64,000 nucleotides of DNA from positions 962,292-1,026,291 of the forward strand of contig OZ253541.1 of the NCBI GenBank assembly GCA_965262365.1, written 5' to 3'. This DNA is from Candidatus Rariloculaceae bacterium. Its GTDB lineage: Bacteria; Pseudomonadota; Gammaproteobacteria; Steroidobacterales; Rariloculaceae. The translations under genes and the position numbers were made by a program. Of this stretch, positions 1-9,884 are shown in pieces. Within the stretch, counting starts at the first letter, position 1. Every line of letters starts with the position of its first letter. Below the pieces are notes generated by a model, which saw only the letters and a program-made list of their open reading frames with translations, was not told where the DNA came from and searched no databases.

Positions 1-161
1 AGATTGGGAGTGGGGATCTCACTGCCGAAGGACCCGATATTCGTGTAGCCGAGGTCATCGGCCACGATGTAGAGGATGTTGGGCTGTGCACCCGCATTGG
101 ACGCGTAGCCGAGAAAACCAATCAGACCGATCACAACGGTCACTTTACTCAGGTACTTCAT
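1..161 (-). CDS. Arylsulfatase, N-terminal part (runs off left edge)
   Basis: Manual translation MKYLSKVTVVIGLIGFLGYASNAGAQPNILYIVADDLGYTNIGSFGSEIPTPN: signal peptide plus sulfatase PNILxIxADDxG motif; GAGG upstream. Confidence 0.85.
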   Translation of the reverse strand, partial: MKYLSKVTVVIGLIGFLGYASNAGAQPNILYIVADDLGYTNIGSFGSEIPTPN

Positions 162-256
162 CCTACCGCCTCTATGTTTGTCACTGCCGCGCGGCATCGA
201 CGCCCTGGCGCGCCGCGACGTTAACGCTGCCCGGGAATTCGAGCTCCCGCTCCGGA

Positions 257-335
257 ACTTTAGCTTACCGAATCATGCAAGACGATACCTTCTTGTTTGG
301 CCACAATAAATTCTTGTAGTGGAGCGGTGGCCGCC
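257..335. repeat. 79-bp imperfect direct repeat, copy A (upstream of sulfatase on - strand)
   Basis: Ungapped match to 1613-1691 with 12 mismatches (67/79). Confidence 0.9.
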
Positions 336-359
336 AGAGATTCGGCGTATGCGACCCGA

Positions 360-1154
360 TCAGTCGATGACGTTCCCGGTGCCGATCAAGTCCTGGAATG
401 ACATCTCGTCGGCGGGGATGCAGTAAATCTGCTCGTCCCAGCGCTGTGCCTTCTCTCGATTCAGATTGAACAACTTTCGATCGCTGTAAAAAGGTTCAGT
501 GTAGACGTCGGGATCGAAAACCGTCATCGTGAGCTCGAGCGTGTTGGCGTCGATACGGCGATACCTCTCTTCCAGACGCATCTCTTCGGAATGGGGATAG
601 CCGAACTTGTCCAACCAGGTGCGCTCGTCGAACCCGACGGAGTCGACGACCAGGGTATCCCCTTCCCAGCGGCCCACCGAATACCCATTCCACTTTGGAT
701 AGGTATCTTCGAGAGCCGGGAGCGTTCGCCCGTCCATCCAAATCTCCCGCCAGTCATGGCGATATTCGAAGAACTGCAACACGCGTCCCGGCGTTTGCAC
801 GAACTCGAACGTCGAATGCGGCGCGACGATCTCTGTAACGAGGTTCCGAGGAAGCCCCATGGGCTCGCATCGCCCCAAAGGATCATTTCTTCGCATCTGA
901 CGTCGGGGACCGTAACCCGGCAGATTCTCGTCGAAGCGGGCCTTACCCTCGACACTGAAGGGGGCCTGCGCCTCTTCGGAACCTCCGGACCCAGGGACGT
1001 TTCCGAAAGTAGGTGGGCTCGTCGCGCGATCCCAGTGTCCTGTCAGGTCGTGTGGGTCGTGCTGGGACGCGTCTTGCTGAGCCAGACAGGGTCCGCACGC
1101 AAAAAAGATCATGGTCGCGACCAGGGAACGACCGACGTTGCAATTCTTGGGCAT
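360..1154 (-). CDS. Secreted stand-alone homolog of the C-terminal domain of DUF6152 fusion proteins
   Basis: Signal peptide; DPLGRCEPMGLP, GYSVGRWEGDTLVV and terminal Cys shared with the fused paralogs here. Confidence 0.8.
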   Translation of the reverse strand: MPKNCNVGRSLVATMIFFACGPCLAQQDASQHDPHDLTGHWDRATSPPTFGNVPGSGGSEEAQAPFSVEGKARFDENLPGYGPRRQMRRNDPLGRCEPMGLPRNLVTEIVAPHSTFEFVQTPGRVLQFFEYRHDWREIWMDGRTLPALEDTYPKWNGYSVGRWEGDTLVVDSVGFDERTWLDKFGYPHSEEMRLEERYRRIDANTLELTMTVFDPDVYTEPFYSDRKLFNLNREKAQRWDEQIYCIPADEMSFQDLIGTGNVID

Positions 1155-1165
1155 GGCGCTTCCAG

Positions 1166-1561
1166 CTAAAACGAGAGGGGTAGTTCTTCACCGTTGACTT
1201 TCACTGTCCGCATTTGGCAGACCGTTGGTGACGTGACATGAGGCCGGTACGTCACCGTCACCGTGTCCCCGGGTTCGACGGAGTTTCGGTTCCAACCGTG
1301 TCCCCGCAGTATGGTTGGTGTCCAGCGGGTGTTGACGGCCCAACTTTGGGTTTCTCCGTTCTCTCCCTCCACATCCATATAAATCAAGACGTGGGGGAAA
1401 CGAAAAACGAACTCGGTCGCGATTCCGGTGATCGGGCCTTCCACGCTGTCTTGCCATTCCACAGCACCCCCATGGTGTGCGTAGACGGGCGAACACAGCG
1501 GTGCTGAGAAGACGGTGAGGATTAATGCTACTGCGGGTGTTCGAGGCGTCTTTGGTCGCAT
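1166..1561 (-). CDS. DUF6152-family secreted protein (stand-alone N-domain)
   Basis: Signal peptide ending VYA then HHG; FPH; GW..xxPGDxVTV motif. Confidence 0.8.
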   Translation of the reverse strand: MRPKTPRTPAVALILTVFSAPLCSPVYAHHGGAVEWQDSVEGPITGIATEFVFRFPHVLIYMDVEGENGETQSWAVNTRWTPTILRGHGWNRNSVEPGDTVTVTYRPHVTSPTVCQMRTVKVNGEELPLSF

Positions 1562-1612
1562 TGGGTATCATCCGGTTTTTCAAATCGCCCCTTGGAGGGC
1601 GGGATCCCAAGG

Positions 1613-1691
1613 ACTTTAGCTTACCGAACCATTCAAGCCGATACGTTATTGTTTGGGAACGATAGATTCAAGTAATGGAGCGGTGGCCGCC
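1613..1691. repeat. 79-bp imperfect direct repeat, copy B (upstream of DUF6152 gene)
   Basis: Ungapped match to 257-335. Confidence 0.9.
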
Positions 1692-1694
1692 GGC

Positions 1695-1880
1695 GAGCAC
1701 TTGGCGATGGCGGCGTAGTAGCTGAGGCGATCTTCGTTGATGGCGGTGGCCAGACACGCGAGCGTCGGGCGGCCGAGGGCCTGCGAGAGCGCGTGATCCG
1801 AAATCGCGCGACCCACGCGACCGTTGCCGTCATCGAACGGGTGGATCTTCTCGAACCAGACATGTGCGACGGCCGCACGT
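1695..1880 (-). pseudogene. Fic-domain protein fragment
   Basis: Manual translation RAAVAHVWFEKIHPFDDGNGRVGRAISD (Fic motif HPFxDGNGR); no start codon; homology ends at the 79-bp repeat. Confidence 0.85.
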
Positions 1881-2190
1881 GGACGATCAGGTCGGCCAAT
1901 CAGGGCGTTGCCATATCCACATGTGAGACGCTTCTACAGGCTAATCGTCTCAAGTTTCGGATACTTTTGGGACGATTAGCCTCCCAAACCGTCTCAGGGA
2001 GGGTCCTGGCTGGCGGTCGCGGACCTGTTGGACAAGGCTCGGACTTCACATCTCCGTTCCAAGGGCGCAGAATGGTCACACTAGCGATTCGACATCTTCG
2101 CAGCAAGAACCGCAATCCAGCGGGACGTTGCAGCTACGGCAACTGTTGGGACCTCCAGCATCTTCAGTGAAAATATTCCACGGAAAAATC

Positions 2191-3258
2191 ATGAGTCAAA
2201 CAAGAGATATTATCGAACAGCTGATCAATGCCGCCGGCGGTTCGAGCGGTTCTGGCCGGCGTGGTGGCGGCACCGGGATGCGTCGCCCGATCGGTTGGCA
2301 AGGCACCGCATTCGCGATCTTCATTGGCATCGCGGTTGTCGCCTGGGCCGCATTCAGCTCGTTTTATACGGTACAGCCGGAGGAGCGGGCCGTTGTCAAG
2401 CGCTTCGGCAGCGTGATCGGTATTACCGATCCGGGACTGCACTTCAAGCTGCCCTTCGGCATCGACCGGGTGCAGCTTGTGGCCACCGAGCGCGTACTCA
2501 AGCAGGAATTCGGTTTCCGCACCGAGGATGCCACTCAGTTTCAGCGCACGCGCTTTTCGGACGACGATTTTCCGGGCGAATCGTTGATGCTGACGGGCGA
2601 TCTCAACATCATCCAGGTGGAGTGGGTCGTGCAGTACCGGATCGGCGACCCGATTCGTTTCCTGTACGGCATGCGGGATCCAACCGGCACGTTGCGCGAT
2701 TTGTCTGAGTCGGTGATGCGGCGCACTGTCGGCAATCGCATCGGCAGCGACGTCCTGACCGTCGGCCGCGTCGATATCGCCAATACGGCGCGCGACGAGA
2801 TTCAGGCCGCGATGGACAAGTACGACAACGGGATCAGGATCATTACCGTGGAGCTTCAGGACGTCGTGCCGCCGCCGCTCGTTCAGCCGGCCTTCAACGA
2901 GGTTAACGAAGCGCGCCAGGAACTCGAGCGCATGATCAACGAGGCGACAATGCAAGCCAATCAGGCGATCCCGCGAGCGCGCGGCACGGCCAACAGGATC
3001 ATCTCCGAGGCTGAGGGTTACGCGACCGAGCGCGTCAACCGCGCCCTGGGCGAAACGGCGCGCTTCACGGCCGTGTTGTTCGAATATCGCAACGTGCCTG
3101 AAGTCACGCGCTCGCGCCTGTATCTGGAAACGCTGAACGAGGCGCTACCGAGGATCGGTCGCGTGCTTGTGGTGCAGGATGACCAGATTCCGCCGCTGCC
3201 GTTGCTCAATCTGCCCGACGTGCCGTCTCAAGCACAGAACCTGGAGGCAAGCCGATGA
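2191..3258 (+). CDS. hflK: FtsH protease modulator HflK (SPFH)
   Basis: Gly-rich N-terminus, TM helix, MLTGDLNI, VQPAFNEVNEARQ; coupled to hflC. Confidence 0.9.
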   Translation: MSQTRDIIEQLINAAGGSSGSGRRGGGTGMRRPIGWQGTAFAIFIGIAVVAWAAFSSFYTVQPEERAVVKRFGSVIGITDPGLHFKLPFGIDRVQLVATERVLKQEFGFRTEDATQFQRTRFSDDDFPGESLMLTGDLNIIQVEWVVQYRIGDPIRFLYGMRDPTGTLRDLSESVMRRTVGNRIGSDVLTVGRVDIANTARDEIQAAMDKYDNGIRIITVELQDVVPPPLVQPAFNEVNEARQELERMINEATMQANQAIPRARGTANRIISEAEGYATERVNRALGETARFTAVLFEYRNVPEVTRSRLYLETLNEALPRIGRVLVVQDDQIPPLPLLNLPDVPSQAQNLEASR

Positions 3259-4199
3259 GCAAGCTAACATTACCCGTAGTTGCACTTGTCGTCGCGGCAT
3301 TCGTCGCGTTCAACGCGGCGTTCGTGATCGATCAGGCCGAACAGGGCATTCTCGTTCAGTTCGGTGAGCCGATCGGCGATGTAATCACGGAGCCCGGGCT
3401 GCACTGGCGCGTGCCGTTCATTCAGGAGGTCCGCCGCTTCGACAGGCGGCTGCTCGACTGGGACGGCGCCGTCAGCCAGATTCCGACGCTCGGGCGCGAG
3501 TTCATCTTCGTCGATACGACGGCGCGTTGGCGAATCGCCGACCCGCTGCAATTCCTGCGCTCGGTTCGTGATGAGGTCGGCGCCCGCACAAGGCTCGACG
3601 ACATCCTCGATTCGGTCGCGAGAGACATCGTGTCGGGCACGGATCTCGAGGAGATCGTCCGCTCGGCCGACTGGCAGGTCGACGTCTCGGGGCTTGACGA
3701 GGAGGAGCTCAGCGCGCTCGGCGCAGCGAATCTCGAGCGGCCGACGAAAGGGCGCCAGCAACTCGAACAGGAGATGCTCGCGTCGTCGTCGCGGCTCATG
3801 CCCGAGCTCGGCATCGAGCTCGTCGACGTCAGGATCAAACGGATCAACTATATCGATTCCGTCCGCGAGCAGGTCGAGAGCCGGATGATTTCCGAGCGGC
3901 AGAGCATCGCGGCTCGATTCCGTTCCGAGGGTCAGGGCAGGAGTCAGGAAATTCTGGGCGACATGGAGCGGCAGCTTCGCACTATCACGTCGGAGGCCGA
4001 GCGCACGGCCCAGGAGATCATCGGCGAAGCCGATGCCGAGGCCACGCGAATCTACGGCCTGGCCTACGGCGAGGATCCCGAGTTCTACAACTTCTCAAGG
4101 ACGCTCGAGAGCTACGGCGCGCTCGGCGAGAATACGACGTTGATGATCAGGGCGGAGTCCGATTTCTTCCGCTACCTGGAGTCTACGTCGCGCCCCTGA
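3255..4199 (+). CDS. hflC: FtsH protease modulator HflC (SPFH)
   Basis: GILVQFGEP, ARWRIADPLQF, RMISERQSIAARFRSEG, DPEFYNFSRTLESY; ATGA overlap with hflK. Confidence 0.9.
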   Translation: MSKLTLPVVALVVAAFVAFNAAFVIDQAEQGILVQFGEPIGDVITEPGLHWRVPFIQEVRRFDRRLLDWDGAVSQIPTLGREFIFVDTTARWRIADPLQFLRSVRDEVGARTRLDDILDSVARDIVSGTDLEEIVRSADWQVDVSGLDEEELSALGAANLERPTKGRQQLEQEMLASSSRLMPELGIELVDVRIKRINYIDSVREQVESRMISERQSIAARFRSEGQGRSQEILGDMERQLRTITSEAERTAQEIIGEADAEATRIYGLAYGEDPEFYNFSRTLESYGALGENTTLMIRAESDFFRYLESTSRP

Positions 4200-4272
4200 T
4201 CAGCCGGGCGTCATCGGACGGGCTCGCGCGGGCCGGCCGGCACCGAACGCCGGCCGAGCCCGGCGTTGCGTA

Positions 4273-5561
4273 GCAGCGAGTAGCCGATTAACCGCCGGAC
4301 TTTACTGATTTTGGCGAAGACGCGGGAACAGGCGCGCGGCGTTATCCCGTTCGATTAGTACGACGTCTTCCTGGCTTAGTTCGGGAGAGTTTTGCAGCAC
4401 CGTGTCGGACTGCGAGACTAACGACGGCGACGAGATCGGCAAGTCAGTGCCGAATACTACGTTAGATGAATCAACCAGCTTGAGGAGCGCAGCCAGGGAA
4501 TACGGCGACGCTGATTGAGCCGTGCCGTAATAGAGTGTCTTCATGTAATGCAGGATGCCTTCCGGTGCCCGTTCCAATACCTCGGGCGTATTGCGAACAG
4601 CCTGGTCGTCAAGGCGCGCCGCGATATAGGGAGCGGCGCCGCCTGCGTGTGCCGTTATAAATCGAATGTTTGGGTGTCGTTCGATGTTGCCGCTGGTGAT
4701 GAGATTCAGTATCGCACGAGTGGTCTCAAATACGTATTCGATCACGGAGCTTTGAAAATCCAGATTGAGTTCGTTGAAGTAGAATGGGCTGGTCGGGTGC
4801 ATTAAAACGACCGTGTTACGTCGATCCAATTCCTCCATCAGCGGTTCGAGTTCAGGAGCACCAAGATAGACATTGTCGGCGCTGGGGTTCAGTGACATTC
4901 CGTCGAGCCCGAGCGTGTCGAGTGCATAAATCGCTTCGTCAACTGAGGCTTCGGCGTCGTACTGCGGCACCATTGCGAGAGCCCCGAACCTTGTCGGATA
5001 GGACTGTACCAACTCTGCGGCCGCTTCATTGACTACCCGGCAGAGTTCGCTCGACACTCTCTCTCTCGGGTTCCGTACCGACAGCAACCCAGTCTGGATG
5101 TCGAACCGATCCATCAACGACAGCGCCCTTTCCGGTGTCCACTCGCCGCCCGGCCATGCGGCGCCGATGCTTACACCTCGAAAGGCGGTCGTGATCGGAG
5201 GCGGATGCCAGTGATGGTGGACATCGATCCGGCCTGGAGTTTGCGCCCGAGCCAACGGAGTGAGATTTGTAGCCGCGAAACCCGCGACCCCCATACCAGC
5301 CAAGTGAAGTGCATCACGCCGGGTGATCGTATCTGTGCACAGCTTCATCCGCGATAAGCCTCTACTCGGAGAGAAGGTGATTGAAGTTCAACATCGTAGT
5401 ATTCGTAGCAGCGTACTTTTGGATCCGCCGCTTGTAAAGCTGCCGGAGATACTCACGATCCAGTCTCGATGCGGCTGATTCCAGCGCTCCATCGCTTCAA
5501 TCTGAGCCATAGAAATATCGAAGACTTGCTGGCGGAACGGGGTATCACCGTAAGCTACGAA
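4273..5561. repeat. About 1.3-kb direct repeat, copy 1 (amidohydrolase plus IS6 fragment)
   Basis: Near-identical to 22328-23613; the block 5796-5872 also matches about 23614-23689. Confidence 0.95.
4302..5348 (-). CDS. Tat-exported amidohydrolase_2 family protein (aromatic acid decarboxylase/ACMSD-like)
   Basis: RRDAL twin-arginine signal; IDVHHH, LMHP, HAGG, FGTD motifs. Confidence 0.85.
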   Translation of the reverse strand: MKLCTDTITRRDALHLAGMGVAGFAATNLTPLARAQTPGRIDVHHHWHPPPITTAFRGVSIGAAWPGGEWTPERALSLMDRFDIQTGLLSVRNPRERVSSELCRVVNEAAAELVQSYPTRFGALAMVPQYDAEASVDEAIYALDTLGLDGMSLNPSADNVYLGAPELEPLMEELDRRNTVVLMHPTSPFYFNELNLDFQSSVIEYVFETTRAILNLITSGNIERHPNIRFITAHAGGAAPYIAARLDDQAVRNTPEVLERAPEGILHYMKTLYYGTAQSASPYSLAALLKLVDSSNVVFGTDLPISSPSLVSQSDTVLQNSPELSQEDVVLIERDNAARLFPRLRQNQ

Positions 5562-5750
5562 TCGATTCGCCTCTGGTGCATTAAGTTTGAGCCGAAATAT
5601 GCCAAGCGCCTGAGGCGCAGGCATCAGGGATTCGGCGACACGTTTTAATTGGACGAGGTCTTCGTCAAGATCAGGGGCGAATAGCATTATCTGTGGCGGG
5701 CGGTCGGCCAGGATGGGGATGTGGTCGACCTTCTTCTACAGGACCGCAAT
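5491..5750 (+). pseudogene. IS6-family transposase fragment with two nonsense codons
   Basis: HRFNLSHRNIEDLLAERGITVSYESIRLWCIKF...F*LDEVFVKIRGE*HYLWRAV. Confidence 0.85.
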
Positions 5751-5815
5751 TGGCTCCTGCTTCAGTTCATGTCACGGACAGGTACGCCAATAACAGGGCG
5801 GAGCAATCGCACCGC

Positions 5816-5846
5816 AAAAAAACACCCCTTTCGGGGCATTTTTTTT
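5816..5846. terminator. Bidirectional intrinsic terminator-like hairpin
   Basis: A7-CACCCC-TTTC-GGGGCA-T8; second copy at 23634-23662. Confidence 0.7.
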
Positions 5847-5852
5847 GACGAC

Positions 5853-5864
5853 TGGCGGACAGGG
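5853..5864 (-). other. tRNA-Ser 3'-end-like att remnant (CCCTGTCCGCCA)
   Basis: 11/12 identity to the 3' end of tRNA-Ser at 45622; followed on - strand by the terminator; short, so could be chance. Confidence 0.4.
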
Positions 5865-5886
5865 AACCCCTGCGTTGACGGTCACA

Positions 5887-7163
5887 CTAAAGATCCTGAG
5901 GAAGAACAATTCCGAGTTCCAGGCGCGTCTCCCGCCACAACGCAATCATCGATGCCATGCGCTCCGGATACTGAAGGGCCAGATTCCTCGTTTCACCGGG
6001 ATCCACCTCGATATCGAATAGCTGAAACTGTGACTCGTCGAACGGCGGATCGAGGGTCACCAGTTTCCATCTGCCCTGCCGAAGAAGCGCTTTGCCAGCA
6101 TGATATAACGTCGTCACGTAATTTTCGTCGTGAACCTCAGCCTCGGCGCCAGCCAGAAAACCGACCATGCTCTCGCCCAGCATGGGCGCAACCGATCCGT
6201 CGTCCGGGTAAATGGCGCCGCCCAACTCCAGGAATGTCGGCGCCAGATCCATTACAGTGACGTAGGTCGAGTCGATCGTTCCGCTTGACGCGACACCGGG
6301 CCCGGTAGCGATCATCGCCGCAACAATTCCACCCTCGCGCGTAAAGTTCTTATACCGACTGAATGGGGCGGATCCCGCTTCTCCCCAGCGTGCACCATAG
6401 GTAACCCAGGAATTCGCCTTACCCATGTTTTCGTAGCTGTTGTCATAGTGGGCACGCAGATATCGACCGTACGCCGTATCAGAACCGAAATGATCGCTAC
6501 CCGCCGCACCATTGTCCGACATGAAGACGATCAACGTCTTAATGATGCCGGCGGCTTGCAGCGACTCGAACCGCTGCACACGAAGCGCGTCGTAACCAGC
6601 GTCGTATGCTCCACGATACAAATTCAGATAGTCGTCAGGGACCTGTAACGGCCAATGCGGAGAGGTGGAGAGGTATAGGCGGCGTAAGCAAAGAATGGGC
6701 GGCCATCGCCGCGGCCGGATTCAATGAACTCAATCAAGCGATCCGTATAAAGCTCAGTGCTGTAACGACCTTCGGGATAGTCCACCAGATCATCGTCCTC
6801 ACGATATCGAGGTATTTGCTCCGACCTTCCGCGCGCTTGGAAGTGATTGGCGCTTCCGTTCAGAAGCATGAACGAGCGCTCGAAACCTGCCGCTTTCGGA
6901 CTGTGCTTTGCGGTCGCGCCAAGATGCCACTTGCCCGCCGCATAAGTGTGATAGCCCGCATCCCGAAGCAATCTCGGGAATAGCTCAACACGATCCGACA
7001 GATAGCCCTCGTAACCCGCCAAGCTGCTGCGAACCGGACCGTATGCCCCGAGGTCCGCGTAACCCATATCGTCCGCCACAATCAGCAGGATGTTCGGTCG
7101 CTCCTGGGCCGTTGCCGCCATTGACGCGACCAATGTCAGCGCTAGAAAAACGGTTGTTCTCAT
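5887..7163 (-). pseudogene. Arylsulfatase pseudogene
   Basis: Signal plus RPNILLIVADDMG, GKWHLG, MSDNG; the CxPxR region is deleted; frameshift from a short CCTCTCC duplication near 6660; second internal deletion after LQAAGII. Confidence 0.85.
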
Positions 7164-7234
7164 GTTTTCTCTCCCGAATATGCGCCAGCTTGCATATCCA
7201 CAGTTAACCGACAGCTGCTACAGGCCAGAAACGG

Positions 7235-8278
7235 TCATTCGGCGACCGTACATTCGTACGGCTCGATTTCCACGCCTGGGATCCAGACCCAGTACTTCTC
7301 CCTCGTGACCGGCTCGGCAAAGACATCGGGATCTGTAACGGTCACGCGGTAGTTTAAGCGTGTCTGGTCGTCGCTGAGTTCGAATCGCTCCTCGACGATT
7401 GCGGAATCGCTCAACGGAATCGCGGCCGAAAACTGCGGCGCCAGAATCGAGGAGGTCGCGACAACCAAACTGTCCCCGTCCCAACGCCCGGTCGAATAGC
7501 CTAGCGAAGTCGGTTCGCCCGATGCAGGCGCGTTCGTCATGTGGATCACGCGAGTCAGATCGTATTCTTCGATGCGCAAAAGAATTCGCTCTCCCTCGTC
7601 GACGAATTCAATCGGATAAGGCTGCCCCACGATGTGCGGCATGCCTTTCGGTGTACAACCCGGAATCGGGTTATCCGCGATCGGATCGAAGTTCTGTCGC
7701 GCCAGACTCGCTGCGGTGGTCAGCGGATACTCCGACAGACCAATCAGCGAAAGGTTTGAGCCCTGCCGAACGCTGAATGATTCATCTTCATCCCGGCTCC
7801 AGACGCGAAATATGCCAGTCGCTTTCGCTCGGGCTTCATCCAGCGCAATTCCGCTCGTACTCTCTTTCACCCAACCCACGGTCCTGTCGGACCAACGCGG
7901 TTCCGAGTCGCGCTGTATCAATACCTCGCGACCATCGGGGAGCAAGAGATTCTTGGCCTCCATCGCATAGGCATCGAATCTTCCGGGCGTGCCGGCAACC
8001 CGAATGGTCTGCCCAACGCTCAGGATCTCCGGACCGATACCATGCCGCTGGAGCGTTCCTGGCGGCGTCGATTCGATCTCGTAGACCACAGTTTCGCCCT
8101 CTACTTCCGATTCGAGCGAAAACCGTATGTGCGGATTCCGCCAGAGAATCCGAGTGACTGTTCCCTCGATCTCAGCCATTGATTCGAGATCGTAGATCGC
8201 GGCGCGCGAGTGATGCGCGATCGCCACGGGGGCAAGCGCAAATAGCGCCAACGCTGATGTAACTGCCGCTGATCTCAT
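7235..8278 (-). CDS. Secreted DUF6152 plus C-domain fusion protein
   Basis: AIA|HHSRAA, WRNPH, CTPKGMP, GYSTGRWDGD, PYEC; RBS GAGGAG. Confidence 0.85.
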   Translation of the reverse strand: MRSAAVTSALALFALAPVAIAHHSRAAIYDLESMAEIEGTVTRILWRNPHIRFSLESEVEGETVVYEIESTPPGTLQRHGIGPEILSVGQTIRVAGTPGRFDAYAMEAKNLLLPDGREVLIQRDSEPRWSDRTVGWVKESTSGIALDEARAKATGIFRVWSRDEDESFSVRQGSNLSLIGLSEYPLTTAASLARQNFDPIADNPIPGCTPKGMPHIVGQPYPIEFVDEGERILLRIEEYDLTRVIHMTNAPASGEPTSLGYSTGRWDGDSLVVATSSILAPQFSAAIPLSDSAIVEERFELSDDQTRLNYRVTVTDPDVFAEPVTREKYWVWIPGVEIEPYECTVAE

Positions 8279-8323
8279 GTTGAGCTCTCCTCGTTGAAGA
8301 GAAATTGTCGGCACAGGCGAACG

Positions 8324-9796
8324 CTAATGCGCCGTCATCGGCTGATGAGCGCCTTGCGTCGAGCGAATCAGCTGCAGGATCTCCCGGCTGAGTTGCGTGT
8401 CCTGCGTACCGATACTCGGATTCGACGAGAAGTGATCGTGACCGATGAGCTGAACGACACGCGGCATCCGGTCATACCCTGCCGTCAGCTCGTGGACCAG
8501 ATCAGCGAACGATGCTCTGGTCGTCCGGCTATCGTAATCCGAGATCGACAGCAACAAAGGTATGTCGGTGCGTGTGATATTGCCGAGGATCGCGATGTCC
8601 GACCACTGCTCGAAGTCATCGCCGAAGTAGGCTACTCGCCCGTCGGACGGATTATTCGCATCGGCACCGTAGGTGCCGGAGATCAATACGACACCGGCGG
8701 GTGCCGGGCCCGCGTCTGCGGCGATCTCGGGCCTGAGCGCGTATTCCGCAACATGGAATGCACCCGCTGATTTACCGACGACGACGATCTGATTCGGATC
8801 GCCGCCGTAGTCGCCGATGTTATCTCTGACCCAAGCGACGGCTGTCGCCACGTCCTGCGAACCCGCCGGCCACTGCGCGTCCGAGGCGAGCCGATACGTC
8901 GCGTTAACGCCGACGAGACCCAAGCTCGTGAAATAATCTGAAACGTTGCGGCTGTTCGCACGATTGCCGCGCACAAATCCGCCGCCATGGAAGTACATCA
9001 CGACGGGCATCGGGGTGTCGCCGTAACGGTACTTGTCCGTATGGATATCGAGGCGATGTTTTTCGTGCGGCCCGTAGGCGATATCCTGGGCAACCTCGAT
9101 CTCACCCATCTCGTACGTACGCGCCTGGTCGCTATACAGCGCTGCAGTTTCCTGTGCACCGGCGCCGCGGCTCACGATCTCGCGAATTGAAGCTGCTAGT
9201 TCGGGCGGCATGTGGTTACTCAGCGTATCGGCGTTGGTGCGCTCGAGTTCCTCGAGTTCACCCCAGCGGAACTGCGTCAGTGTCGCATCGTGATCGGCGC
9301 AAACCTGAAGATCCGCCTCGCGCGCGTAGTAGACCGGAGAGATCCATGGCGGCGTTCCGGCCAACCGATACTCGTCCTCGATAGTAATGCAGAGATCGGT
9401 ACGAGAGGCCGGACTCACGTTGCCGACGTCACTGATCGTCCAGAGTTGCTCCGGCGCTTCGGCACACTCCTTGATATAAAGCGTACCGTTCGCGCCAAGC
9501 TCCTCGGCGGCCAGGCAGCGATCGAAAGGTGCGGCAAGAATCTGGCCGTTGTCGAGCCACTCCCATTCCTGATCCGTCGCGTCTTCGCCATATTTGCAGG
9601 AATGTAAACGGAGCGGACCGTCGAGATTGATGTCTGGCGTGTGTCCCGGCACGTCGAGACAAAAGCCTCTGAATTCACCGTTGAGTTCGTGCGCCGATTT
9701 AAGGAACGCGCTTTCTGCCGATACGGCCGCGGAAAACCCTATGCCAATCAGAGCGATGGAAAGTGTGCAACTTAAGGAATGGGTCATACCCTTCAT
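8324..9796 (-). CDS. Secreted ricin-type beta-trefoil lectin plus alpha/beta-hydrolase (HGGG-type esterase) fusion
   Basis: CLDV..C..DQEW/CL..C..EQLW repeats; FHGGG, GKSAG nucleophile elbow, C-terminal His (GHDH). Confidence 0.8.
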   Translation of the reverse strand: MKGMTHSLSCTLSIALIGIGFSAAVSAESAFLKSAHELNGEFRGFCLDVPGHTPDINLDGPLRLHSCKYGEDATDQEWEWLDNGQILAAPFDRCLAAEELGANGTLYIKECAEAPEQLWTISDVGNVSPASRTDLCITIEDEYRLAGTPPWISPVYYAREADLQVCADHDATLTQFRWGELEELERTNADTLSNHMPPELAASIREIVSRGAGAQETAALYSDQARTYEMGEIEVAQDIAYGPHEKHRLDIHTDKYRYGDTPMPVVMYFHGGGFVRGNRANSRNVSDYFTSLGLVGVNATYRLASDAQWPAGSQDVATAVAWVRDNIGDYGGDPNQIVVVGKSAGAFHVAEYALRPEIAADAGPAPAGVVLISGTYGADANNPSDGRVAYFGDDFEQWSDIAILGNITRTDIPLLLSISDYDSRTTRASFADLVHELTAGYDRMPRVVQLIGHDHFSSNPSIGTQDTQLSREILQLIRSTQGAHQPMTAH

Positions 9797-9884
9797 TTCG
9801 ATTCCCTCATCAATTATCAATTTCGGCGGCCAGGAGATACTCATGCTAAGCCAACTACCCCGGCCAAATCTTTTCTCTCAGGAG

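Noticed and set aside
257-1691. 79-bp repeats as integron attC sites or CRISPR repeats
   Set aside because: No RYYYAAC/GTTRRRY ends or internal palindrome, only two copies 1.3 kb apart, and no intI or cas genes.
5388-6260. ORFs 5388-5687 and 5721-6260 as genes
   Set aside because: They overlap the IS6 remnant and the sulfatase pseudogene on the other strand or frame.
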